From: Schizochytrium sp. TIO01 | Lineage: Eukaryota > Protista > Bigyra: Labyrinthulomycetes | Assembly (NCBI GenBank): GCA_004764695.1 | Contig: SMSO01000008.1 | Coordinates: 496,001 to 560,000 of the forward strand | Direction of reading: 5' to 3' | Length of the DNA stretch: 64,000 bases | Shown: positions 47,064 to 57,363 of the stretch, in pieces | Layout: the number at the start of each line of letters is the position of its first letter | Numbering within the stretch: the stretch's first letter is position 1 | The notes under the pieces: generated by a model | Told to the model about the DNA's origin: nothing | Databases searched by the model: none | What the model saw: the letters and a program-made list of their open reading frames with translations, nothing else | Program-made: the position numbers and the translations under genes

Positions 47064-49480
47064 CGTCTGCCTGTTGGTGCAATAGTGGCAGTGGTGCTTG
47101 ATCAGTCTGAGCTCTGCGTGGTGTGCCCTCGCGTTCGGGATTTGCAGTTAATCATTTAAATTTTAGTCTTACCTTCAGGTACCTACCATTTCTCATTAAA
47201 GTATGTAGTATGTTTTTAAGATTTGGAAGCTCTCAAAATCTCCTATCGAGTTTCATCCTTTCTTTGTAAATTATTTTTAAAGACTATTTTAAAATAAATA
47301 AATAAAATAAATAAATAAAAGTAGAAAAAACAATACAGATTTACCTTTAAATAGAAGTAGAGCATAAGTCGAGACAGAGACAGAGACAGAGACAGAGACA
47401 GCGACAGAGACAGAGACAGCGACAGCGACAGAGACAGCGACAGAGACAGTGACAGTGACAAAGAGTTAAAAAGCAAATTAAAACTAAAATGTCTTCTGGT
47501 AATATGATTCAAGTACCTATTTGTTTACGAACTGGAAAACTGGTGACATGAGATTTTTTGTTTTTTTGTTTTTTTAAATTTCTAGGATCGTGGACTTCAT
47601 AGCTGATCTGCAAAATAAAAGGCTGGATAGGAGTAGCATTTGACTGTCAGTGAGACAGCTTTCGGGGAAAACTTGACCTTCATCATGACATAATCCAGGT
47701 ATAGTTGTGGTATTTAAAGATAAGAGCGGCGAATCTCATGTTTCTAGAGACTCGGACGCAGTTGCAATATGTACACGCAAGCAACGGATAATTTGGTTTG
47801 GATTCACTGTTTACTCACAGTGGACGTGATGCGCAATGCTCTTTCTCTGACTTGGTATACAAGCTGAAACTTTGAAAGTTGAGGAAATTGTTCCTGACTT
47901 TCTCTGTCTCCCAGCCTGAGATATGAGAAGTTGGATTAAGCTTTGACAAAATGTGAGAGCACAGTCTTGTCTATAACTTGTGTTATACTAGTATGAAACC
48001 TTATTCACTGGGTTGAAGCTGTTTTATGATAACAAGTTCACTCACAACTTGACCTAGGCAGAAGTAGACAGCAGATAGCAGGACTCTGGCACTTGCCTAA
48101 CAAACCTTTTTGCATCCTGGTTTTCCAGCACGAGTTTACGAGTTACTTCTTTCTAAAAGGGTTTCTCAAGATAAAACCTTTCAAAACAATCGAATAGGTT
48201 GAATAGGTATCAGTTAGGTACCTCCTTCTATACGTGGACTTTAATTTTTAATTAAAACCAAAGTAAAATAAAATTTGGATTTGAAGTTGCATTTGCAGCG
48301 CTCGTTCAGTGCGAAAGTATAAAAGCAAAACAAGAAGGAAGGTTTCTTTTTTTAGTACGAGTAGTAGTAGGTAGTATCTGAGTAATGGTATTGCTAGCAA
48401 ACACTTTCTTTTCATTCAACCATGTGTCGGAAGATAAGTCCGGAACCAAATGAGGCGCTCTTGAAATTAATTTGAAACTTAGTATTTTTGGGAAGGCTTT
48501 GGATGGGATAAAACCTAGTTAGTAATAGGTACTGCCTACTTAGTATCTCCTCCAAAGATTGGCAGTCCAACTTCCGTGTGTAAACGATAATTGGTGGCCG
48601 ATGGACGTGCTTCAGCAACAGAGGCTTAATCCACTTGAATTAAACAAAACGTACTTGACTTTTGGCGGCTATGAATAAACAAAGGTTAAACGCTCAGTAA
48701 ATGTCTAGCTGGCCCAGATTAATCTTGCACGGAAGTAGTGGAGGTGTGCGACAGCAACTTAAAGTTGAGGCTTGTGTCCCGGCCGTCAGGTCTGTAACCT
48801 ACTCGAGTCATCGTGTGATTGTTTCTTCAGATTATAGTAGTTGTTCCTGTAAGAGAATACGCAGATCGATCTGAGTTCCACATTTGTCGTTTTCTAGTTG
48901 ACTTATTGGAAGATCGAAAGTATCATATTGCTCTCCCTAAAAGCGAACGCAACTCCATAGACAAAACCAGTTTGAGCGATGCGCCGACACAGGCTGAGAT
49001 CATGATTGCTCGACTGCCATAGGGGTCCACGACCTTCAAGGTGAAGAGCTGGAGGCGAGTCGAGGGTTCTCGCAAGACACCTGCTATGCTCGCAGTACCC
49101 ACCTTGGTAGTTCAGGACAGCTACAAAAACTAGGCATATCACTAAGAAAGGACGTGGTAGAACCCACTTAGGCTTTGAGATGAGACTTTAATTTACCAGC
49201 ACGCGCCGCCCTAAGCCAAAACAAGTACGTACTCATCAGATCAGGAAGTAGTAGCTACCTAATCAGGAACACCATTCTGTGAGGCGTGATAATAGATAGT
49301 GAGGTACTACCTAGTCACTAGTGTATTTTTCTAAATTGAGCTTGACCCTGTAAAAAGAGAAGTCTTGAATAGCGAGAGTGTAATCCAAGTATATGTTGGA
49401 CGAATGCCCGAACTTCAAGTTTGAGGGACATAGTGAAGCTGGCCGAGGGCCTTTCCATCGCTTCAGATAAGAGTATAGCG
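45486..49480 (-). repeat. Arm 1 of an inverted segmental duplication (gene B head + upstream region), partner ~57364-61350
   Basis: The reverse complement of 47064-49480 aligns with 57364-59777, and the coding heads are nearly identical. Confidence 0.92.
47370..47460 (+). repeat. (GAGACA/GCGACA)n microsatellite, short in the paralogous arm (~59455-59482)
   Basis: Directly visible. Confidence 0.9.
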
Positions 49481-49494
49481 AGGAGCCGTCCTAA

Positions 49495-50045
49495 AGTTGG
49501 TGACGTTTCTCCGCGCATGGTCAACTTTAATTCGACTTGATACGAGCAATATTTTATTAGTTCTACTAATTTGAAAACTTTCTCATTTTTTTTAATTAAA
49601 TAAAAAAAAATAACCTTTCAACTTTTAATTAAATAGTTTTCAATTTGAAAAAAAATAAAATTGTTTTTATTCAAAGTTCAAGGCTTGTACCTACTTATCT
49701 TCTAGCCGTAAATACCATCACTTTATCAAATATGAATATGTGAGTAGGTAGGTAGGCAGGGTACGTACATAGTAGGTACTAATGCTAAAAACCACCATTC
49801 TTATTCAAAATCCTCCAAATCCCCAAAATCTTTAAAATCTCTAAAAGTTTCAACTTAAAGATCAGTGATGCTATACCTTCAAGTCAAAACAAAGTGTCCT
49901 CGAAAACTCGAAAGTGAGAGGGTTCATATATTAATATTATGCTTAATGCAAAATCTTGGCAGATTTAAGATAGATTAGCCACTTCAAGAAAGTTGGATCG
50001 TGCTTACAATCAAGACTTAATTTGCAAAACCTGAACGCAAGAGAA
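49495..50045 (+). repeat. Left inverted repeat flanking gene C (partner 54465-55020)
   Basis: agttggtgacgtttctcc...gcaatattttatta and cagatttaagatagattagccacttcaagaaa match the reverse complement of 54465-55020. Confidence 0.88.
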
Positions 50046-50105
50046 CACCACCCAGAGCTCAAACTGATCAAGCGCCACTACCACTATTGCATCAACAGGC
50101 AGACG

Positions 50106-53100
50106 ATGCGAGCGAGCTTGTTCAGGAGGAGCCGCAATGTGGGCAACGACACCACTAAGAAACAAACCCAAGATTTGCTCAAGCAGCTCAAAGGTGCACT
50201 TCAGGCACCACGTGTACTAACACGAAAAAGGGCCACTCTCCTCACGCTAGTCACACAAATCTTGCAAAACGTTTCTGCTTCTCAGAGACTTACAAAACAA
50301 GACCTTGTCCAGATCGAGCAATCCGCTCGCCAGACTTTCGACATTATTGTCACTCTTCAGGAACCGCGTTCCACAGGCCAGTCATACCTGCCAGCCTTCA
50401 TTGTGCAATTCTTCAATGCACGATCTTTCATTGGGCAACTCGATAGTCTACAACAGGACCTCACCCTTACTCTTCAGAGCGTATGCAGCATCAATGAAAA
50501 TGAAGTTGACTCTAAATCAACTTCAACCCAAGACGAGGATCCTGCATCAAGCTCAACGACACACATACTAGACAAGGATAACCTCGCAGACTTGCAGGAT
50601 GATCTCGCTATACTTCCCGCTGCTCTCCAAGCTATCCAATTCGACTTGCAGCTCCTCCATACCGAGGCTCAAAACCTCCAGCGCCTCACAGCCCCTCTTC
50701 AGTCACGTGCTGAAGACTTCCACTTGTGTTGGACATCCAGCTCAGAGGATGGAGAGCTCCTGAGAACCAGCTTCAAAGGTCTCGCAATGCAGCTGGCTGT
50801 CCAGCTGCTCATCAAAAACGCTACCATTCGTGAGGTCGACCTTACGTATGAGCGCACAGGCCTTGCTCGTGTCGAGCCTCAGGGAATCTTTGGTACTCCT
50901 GCGGCTGCTGTGTGGAAGAAGAAACGTGTTCTGAGCAAGCATGTCTCGGTTGCCAGAATGCAACTTCAGGAGATCACTCAGCTTGACCGCGCAACTCAGA
51001 CTTGGCAAAATATAAATCATCGCAATCTTGTTCGTCTCTACGGCGTACGCGCCCTAGAGTCGCAAGTCGAGCTCATTGTAGAACCTTGCGACTTTAGCCT
51101 GAAAGAGTTTCTCAGCGATCGAGATCGGGAGCTATCTCTTATTGAAGAAGAAACCATCATGAAAGGCGTAGCTCGGGGCTTAGCCCACCTGCATAGTCAC
51201 AACATTCTACACCAGAACTTGTGCCCGGAGACCGTCATGTGCGCCAAGCACTTGCGTTCGAACATCAAGCTTACTGACTTTGGCTTGTGCAAGCACGAAA
51301 GTTCGTCCATGTTGGCGTACACGGCTCCAGAGATCATGGGCGAATCCCCGCATTGGACCCAGTATGCTGACGTGTACGCATTTGCCATGTTATGCTATGA
51401 AATCAAGGAACGTCAAGAACCTTGGGTAAACGAATATCCTGGAACGATAATTGAGGAGGTCCAAGAAGGCGTCAGGCCATCCATAGGTGATGACACAGCA
51501 TGGAAGTCGCGATTGCTGAAGATTGTCACGAAGGCTTGGTCGGCGCGAATTGAGGAGAGACCTTCCATGGCGGAGATTCAACGAGAGCTAGAGGAGCGTA
51601 TTCGAGACCGACGATCAACTCGTGTGTTGCAACAGATGTTTGGTCTCGGTACGACGGAGCAACCTTCCCATGAATATGGTCAAGGCCGCCTTGTTGAGAG
51701 GGCCTCAACGTCGAAGGTTTTTGAGGCAGGTGAGCGTCGCCCATTCCCATCCGGATCTTTAAGTGATATCTTTGATGCAATCTGGAATGGTGGTGAAGAG
51801 GAGGCCTTGAAGAAGAAGATCAGGAGTGAGAAAAGAAGCACTCGAATGCGCAAAGGCCGCAAGCATAGGTTTAAGCAGGGTCATACTCCTAGATGGAGTG
51901 CTGAGAAAATCAACATTTTCCAGAATCTTGATGATGAACAAGAGGAAATTGCCCGTACTCCTGAAGAGAAAGCTCTCCAAAGGATCTTTGAAGAAGCCGG
52001 CTTGGGTGACAAGTTTGAAGATGCCTTGACACACGGTTTTACCATCGAGGCTGGCAAGAAGTGTTCTCATGTGGAGTTGAAAGCGGCTGGTGGCATTCCC
52101 ATGGCCAAGCGATTCGAGATCATTAAAGCATGTCAAGCCTATGAAGCACCGAGTGGAGACGCTGAAAGCGAACAAGGAAGCAAGCGGACCAGCAAATCCA
52201 GCTATGCAAGTAGCTATAGTTCACATGAGGTAGATGACGAGCAAGAGGAAATTGCCCGTACGCCTGAAGAGAAAGCTCTCCAGAGGATCTTTGAAGAAGC
52301 CGGCTTGGGTGACAAGTTTGAAGATGCCTTGACACACGGTTTTACCATCGAGGCTGGCAAGAAGTGTTCTCATGTGGAGTTGAAAGCGGCTGGTGGCATT
52401 CCCATGGCCAAGCGATTCGAGATCATTAAAGCATGTCAAGCCTATGAAGCACCGAGTGGAGACGCTGAAAGCGAACAAGGAAGCAAGCGGACCAGCAAAT
52501 CCAGCTATGCAAGTAGCTATAGTTCACATGAGGTAGATGACGAGCAAGAGGAAATTGCCCGTACGCCTGAAGAGAAAGCTCTCCAGAGGATCTTTGAAGA
52601 AGCCGGCTTGGGTGACAAGTTTGAAGATGCCTTGACACACGGTTTTACCATCGAGGCTGGCAAGAAGTGTTCTCATGTGGAGTTGAAAGCGGCTGGTGGC
52701 ATTCCCATGGCCAAGCGATTCGAGATCATTAAAGCATGTCAAGCCTATGAAGCACCGAGTGGAGACGCTGAAAGCGAACAAGGAAGCAAGCGGACCAGCA
52801 AATCCAGCTATGCAAGTAGCTATAGTTCACATGAGGTAGATGACGAGCAAGAGGAAATTGCCCGTACGCCTGAAGAGAAAGCTCTCCAGAGGATCTTTGA
52901 AGAAGCCGGCTTGGGTGACAAGTTTGAAGATGCCTTGACACACGGTTTTACCATCGAGGCTGGCAAGAAGTGTTCTCATGTGGAGTTGAAAGCGGCTGGT
53001 GGCATTCCCATGGCCAAGCGATTCGAGATCATTAAAGCATGTCAAGCCTATGAAGCACCGAGTGGAGACGCTGAAAGCGAACAAGGAAGCAAGCGGACCA

Positions 53101-53558
53101 GCAAATCCAGCTATGCAAGTAGCTATAGTTCACATGAGGTAGATGACGAGCAAGAGGAAATTGCCCGTACGCCTGAAGAGAAAGCTCTCCAGAGGATCTT
53201 TGAAGAAGCCGGCTTGGGTGACAAGTTTGAAGATGCCTTGACACACGGTTTTACCATCGAGGCTGGCAAGAAGTGTTCTCATGTGGAGTTGAAAGCGGCT
53301 GGTGGCATTCCCATGGGCAAGCGATTCGAGATCATTAAAGCATGTCAAGCCTATGAACCACCGAGTGGAGACTCTGAAGTTTACAAAATTCTGAAGGAAG
53401 CTGGCCTGGAAAAGTATCAGGCTAGTTTTTCTGAGCACAAATTTCGAACCCTAAAAGATTGCCAAAAACTTGATCATACAGCACTGCGTAGCATGGGTGT
53501 AAGTACCTATACAGAACGAGCGAAAGCATTAAGGGTATTGCGAGATCCCCAGAATTAA
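50106..53558 (+). CDS. Gene C: B-type head + A-type SAM tail (6 SAM-like domains), ~1150 aa
   Basis: ATG at 50106 matches the B start. 50106-51683 is nearly identical to B. Then come five copies of the A module EEIARTPEEKALQRIFEE.. and one A-type DSEV.KILKEAGLEKYQ module. Confidence 0.88.
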   Translation: MRASLFRRSRNVGNDTTKKQTQDLLKQLKGALQAPRVLTRKRATLLTLVTQILQNVSASQRLTKQDLVQIEQSARQTFDIIVTLQEPRSTGQSYLPAFIVQFFNARSFIGQLDSLQQDLTLTLQSVCSINENEVDSKSTSTQDEDPASSSTTHILDKDNLADLQDDLAILPAALQAIQFDLQLLHTEAQNLQRLTAPLQSRAEDFHLCWTSSSEDGELLRTSFKGLAMQLAVQLLIKNATIREVDLTYERTGLARVEPQGIFGTPAAAVWKKKRVLSKHVSVARMQLQEITQLDRATQTWQNINHRNLVRLYGVRALESQVELIVEPCDFSLKEFLSDRDRELSLIEEETIMKGVARGLAHLHSHNILHQNLCPETVMCAKHLRSNIKLTDFGLCKHESSSMLAYTAPEIMGESPHWTQYADVYAFAMLCYEIKERQEPWVNEYPGTIIEEVQEGVRPSIGDDTAWKSRLLKIVTKAWSARIEERPSMAEIQRELEERIRDRRSTRVLQQMFGLGTTEQPSHEYGQGRLVERASTSKVFEAGERRPFPSGSLSDIFDAIWNGGEEEALKKKIRSEKRSTRMRKGRKHRFKQGHTPRWSAEKINIFQNLDDEQEEIARTPEEKALQRIFEEAGLGDKFEDALTHGFTIEAGKKCSHVELKAAGGIPMAKRFEIIKACQAYEAPSGDAESEQGSKRTSKSSYASSYSSHEVDDEQEEIARTPEEKALQRIFEEAGLGDKFEDALTHGFTIEAGKKCSHVELKAAGGIPMAKRFEIIKACQAYEAPSGDAESEQGSKRTSKSSYASSYSSHEVDDEQEEIARTPEEKALQRIFEEAGLGDKFEDALTHGFTIEAGKKCSHVELKAAGGIPMAKRFEIIKACQAYEAPSGDAESEQGSKRTSKSSYASSYSSHEVDDEQEEIARTPEEKALQRIFEEAGLGDKFEDALTHGFTIEAGKKCSHVELKAAGGIPMAKRFEIIKACQAYEAPSGDAESEQGSKRTSKSSYASSYSSHEVDDEQEEIARTPEEKALQRIFEEAGLGDKFEDALTHGFTIEAGKKCSHVELKAAGGIPMGKRFEIIKACQAYEPPSGDSEVYKILKEAGLEKYQASFSEHKFRTLKDCQKLDHTALRSMGVSTYTERAKALRVLRDPQN
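51930..53372 (+). repeat. In-frame 303-bp (101-aa, one SAM + linker) near-perfect tandem array, ~4.8 units
   Basis: Shadow ORFs recur at 52221/52524/52827/53130, a 303-bp period. Confidence 0.95.
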
Positions 53559-54435
53559 CCAACAGAACCGCCAAAGCCGATAGAACTGCCACTGCCGATA
53601 GAACCAGATTCTCAAAAAGGCTGGTATAAGCGATTCCGATTGCAATAAATTATTCAAGAAAGGTGCTAACACTATTGAGAATTGCAAAGCTCTTAGCCAC
53701 CGCGAACTTCGAAATATTGGATTCCCGAATTTTTCAACTCGTGATAAAATGCTTCAGGCGTTTTCAGACTTACCAGATCAAAGTCGCCCTGGTCGTCGAA
53801 GCAAGATTAATATCTTCATTAGAAAATCGATAGTTCGTCTATCCAGAAAGTCGCAAAGAGAATCTCAACCTGCACCAGAGCCGCTTGAAGAGCTAAGTGA
53901 GAAAGAGAAGAGCGCAGACGATGACAGTACTACTGACGAGGACTCTCGTTTTTCTAGAGTACAGGGACATCAACTCGCGTGCTTCCAGCGATACTGAAGA
54001 AGAGGACGAAAACGACGAAGAGGACGCTGTTGTAGCAGAAGTGGAAGATGTTGTAACAGAGGTGGAAAATGATGAAGCAGAAGAAGATGAAAGCAACAAC
54101 CACGAAGAAACTGAATTGCTGATCGCTATCCCAGATGTAGACTCTGAAGTCGCGAGAATTCTGCAGGAAACTGGCCTGGAAAAGTATCAGACTATTTTTG
54201 CTGAGTACAAATTTCTAACCCTTAAAGATTGTAAAAGCATTGATTATTCGGTACTGCGTGGTATTGGAGATAGGTACCTATACAGAACGAGCGAGAGCAT
54301 TAGGGTATTGCGTGATTCCCAATAGTAGATCTGGCTTTCTCCTACGAGAAACCCAAAAAGAAGAAGAAGTTCCTTTGGCTCTTTTTGTAGCTTTTTGTTC
54401 CAGCTCAACTGAATACCATAAAGCAAGCGGACCGT
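53559..54435 (+). pseudogene. Out-of-frame scrambled tail fragments: A-derived pieces followed by the B C-terminus and 3' UTR
   Basis: A-like QAFSDLPDQSRP..ESQPAPEPLE precedes A-like EYRDINSRASSDTEEEDE, the reverse of their order in A. Then agatctggctttctcctacgagaaacccaaaaagaagaagaagttcc...cagctcaactgaatacca matches the end of B. Confidence 0.85.
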
Positions 54436-54464
54436 CTTTTAAAGATATAAAAGTACTTACCAAG

Positions 54465-55020
54465 GTGCTCACACGTTAAGGTTTTGCAAACCAAGTAAAT
54501 CAATATTTTAGAAATCACCTTCAATTAAGTTTTGATTCTAACCATAATCCAGTTTTCTTGAAGTGGCTAATTTATCTTAAATCTGCAAAGATCTTGCATT
54601 AATCATAACATCAGTATACCCACCCTCTCACCTTCGAGTTTTCGAGAGCATTTTGGTTTGACTTAAAGGTAGCATCACTGATCTTTAAGTTGAAACTTAA
54701 AGATTTTGGGGATTTTAGAAATTTGGAGGACTTGGAGGACTTGGAGGACTTGGAATAAGAATTGTGGTTTTTAGCATCAGTATCTACCTACTTGCTTATA
54801 GTTCAAAGTATCCTTTTTAGAGTGATGGTATTTAGCCTACCTGTCTAGCTATGATATACCTTGTTGATAATAAAAAATAAAACAATAAGTTGTTTTTTTA
54901 ATTTTTATAAAAAACGACAAAAATAAACGAGAAAGTTTTTCAAGTAGTCGAATTAATAAAATATTGCTCTTATCAAGTCGAATTAAAGTTAACTATGCCT
55001 GGAGAAACGTGACCAACTGA
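54465..55020 (-). repeat. Right inverted repeat flanking gene C
   Basis: Reverse complement of 49495-50045, with one short indel. Confidence 0.88.
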
Positions 55021-57360
55021 AGAAAGATCAACCAAAAATTTTGCATAGCCTCGCCAGAACACCCCCTGTTTTGTACATGCCGTACAGAGAAAAAGAAAAA
55101 AAAGAAAAAAAGGGGTTCCGCAAAAAGAAAAAGGGTTCAGCAAGTATTGTTTAAGGTGGCTCAAGTTCCTTTGCATGTTGATGAATATGATAAAAAAACT
55201 ATATTGTACCCTGTTTTAATATGTAATACAAGGGAACTAAATAAGCGGTAAAAATTGGACATGCCCTCATCCTCGTTTTGTCCACCTAGAACCAGTTATA
55301 TGATAATAATAGAGACAGAGATGGGTGGTCCCGGCCTTTTTATAATGAAAAGTTTAGTTTGAGATATATAGGTAATAGTAAACTACTATTATTTTTAGAT
55401 CAGTGTAATAGGGGAACTCAGAAAATAATAGAAGGATTAATCTCTCTGTGAATGGGAGAGAACCTACGCTTTAATCACAGTCGTGTTGGCTAGTGGGGAG
55501 AAGATTTACCTCACAAAAAAATATGATCCTGTTTCTTGTATATATAATATAGAGATCATGAATATTAGGGTGATTACGATTGGGGTCAAATAATATTACA
55601 AGAACTTAGGACTGAGTTTGTTCAATCTGGGTCTCCACTTGATGGTTTGCATAATTCCCCTCCGGGTTCAACCTGTGAAATTCATAATGGCGGAGGAGAA
55701 TATTGACATGCCTATTAATAAGTATGCAGATCTGGAGATTGAGGATGACACTTGGGGCCAACATAGCATAGATTGTCGTTGCAAGTCCATTAGATTAAAT
55801 TTATTCAAGATTGCACATAGAAGGTTTTTTGTGTGAAGATTGGAGATGCTCGTGAATGGTTTGATAGAATTAACAAGAAAGCTTGGTTGTGGTGGCCTTC
55901 GTGGAGACTGGAGCATGCTAAGTAGTATGATAAGGACTAATTGTATGCAAGAGATGCTCGACGTGGCATCCAGCAAAGATGTTTCGTGAAATGCAAAATA
56001 TTACTCTGTCCGCATTGTGATAGCAGCCCAATTGACCATCAAACTGGTGAATGGCATGACATCAAAGCCACTGCCCTCAGCATCGTCCAGAAAATCATGC
56101 GCCATCAAATCGCTCTCGCAGAAGAGTGATCAAAGTTTGGAGAGAAGAGGATCTACTAAAGATACCGTGATAAATATTTACGAATATCGGTCTTATGTGC
56201 CTCCTATCAGAGACAGCAACATGTTGCCTGCTGAGAAAACTTTTAGGAGTGGAAATGTAGTGACGCTAAAGAAGATGGCTGCCATGCTTTATACAAGTGA
56301 CCTCTTGCCAATTTCTTTGGCGGAATTTCCTCAGAAACGTAATCAAGGATGTTTCAAGTCTGATATTCAGTTGGAACTCCGGCTTGATCATGCAACGATA
56401 AGTTCGAGCTCAGGATCTTTACAATATGTCTCTCAAACTCTCTCATGAATCTTTACTTGCAGATGCTTCAGGTGAATTAGGTGAGCGTTGAAGAACGTCG
56501 TCGCGAGACAGTTTTCTTGACATCTTTTCGCACCAACATCAGCGAGGACTTGAACAAAGACTTGAAGAAAATTTCCTAGAATTCTCTCGAGCAACGTGAA
56601 TTTGTCAAAGTCAAGAAGACTAGTTTATTGCCCACTCTGCTGTTCCCTTCATTTGTAAAGAGAATCATGATGCCCCTTTAAGCAAGCCATTGGACCTTGG
56701 TGACGCTGTGTTATAAAGATAAAACTCTCTATACTTATGACCCTCTCAAAAACCGTAATGACGGTTGCCATGACGAAAGGATTGAGAGCATTCTCTGATA
56801 GCTCAAGTTGGATGAATCTAACTGGTCAGTCAAGAAATTCTCTGGTCATCAAGAAAATGGCTATGGCTGCGGAGTGTATATTATGGCTGTAGCGAATGGT
56901 CTTTTGCATGGGGAAATCAATATTGCAGTGCTTGCAGAGAGTATTATGCCATCCTATGGAAATTCTGACCTGATGGAATATCAGAGGTTGTAGTTTGCGA
57001 CTTTTGCTGACATACTTCTAGACACAAATCGATTTTATGCTTGCGAAAGCTTCTTCGAAATGAGAGGAGCCTTTAAGCTCTTTCATCCTTGACTTCAAGC
57101 CTCAATAATTCGAGAAAGAGGTTGTTGCGATTGTTCAAGAACCCTCTCCAGCTGTTGACGATTCCCTTGACACTATGTTAGAGAGTTCTATCAACTTTTT
57201 TGGAAATTCGAAGGCTTCCTTATAACGCTTACTAACGTTCTCTTTAGGTCCACCTTAGCACCTTAAAACTTCCTTAAACTATAAACCCTTTTCACATTCT
57301 TCCAAGTTCCTTGATAAGAGATAATATGAACGTGCAAATGTAGTTAAGTGACGTAAGTCT
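55021..57360. mobile_element. ~2.3-kb insertion (relative to the paralogous arm) carrying a decayed Ulp1/C48-like protease; probable transposon relic
   Basis: The flanks are adjacent in the other arm (~49480-49495). On + at ~56660-56890: MMPL*ASHWTLVTLCYKDKTLYTYDPL and HQENGYGCGVYIMA. No TIR or TSD recognised. Confidence 0.55.
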
Positions 57361-57363
57361 ACC

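Noticed and set aside
50022-50105. 28-aa N-terminal extension of gene C given in the ORF track
   Set aside because: It starts at TTG; paralogs B and D start at the ATG equivalent to 50106.
51930-53372. Regular repeats as a CRISPR-like array
   Set aside because: The units are contiguous 303-bp in-frame coding repeats with no unique spacers, and no cas genes are present.
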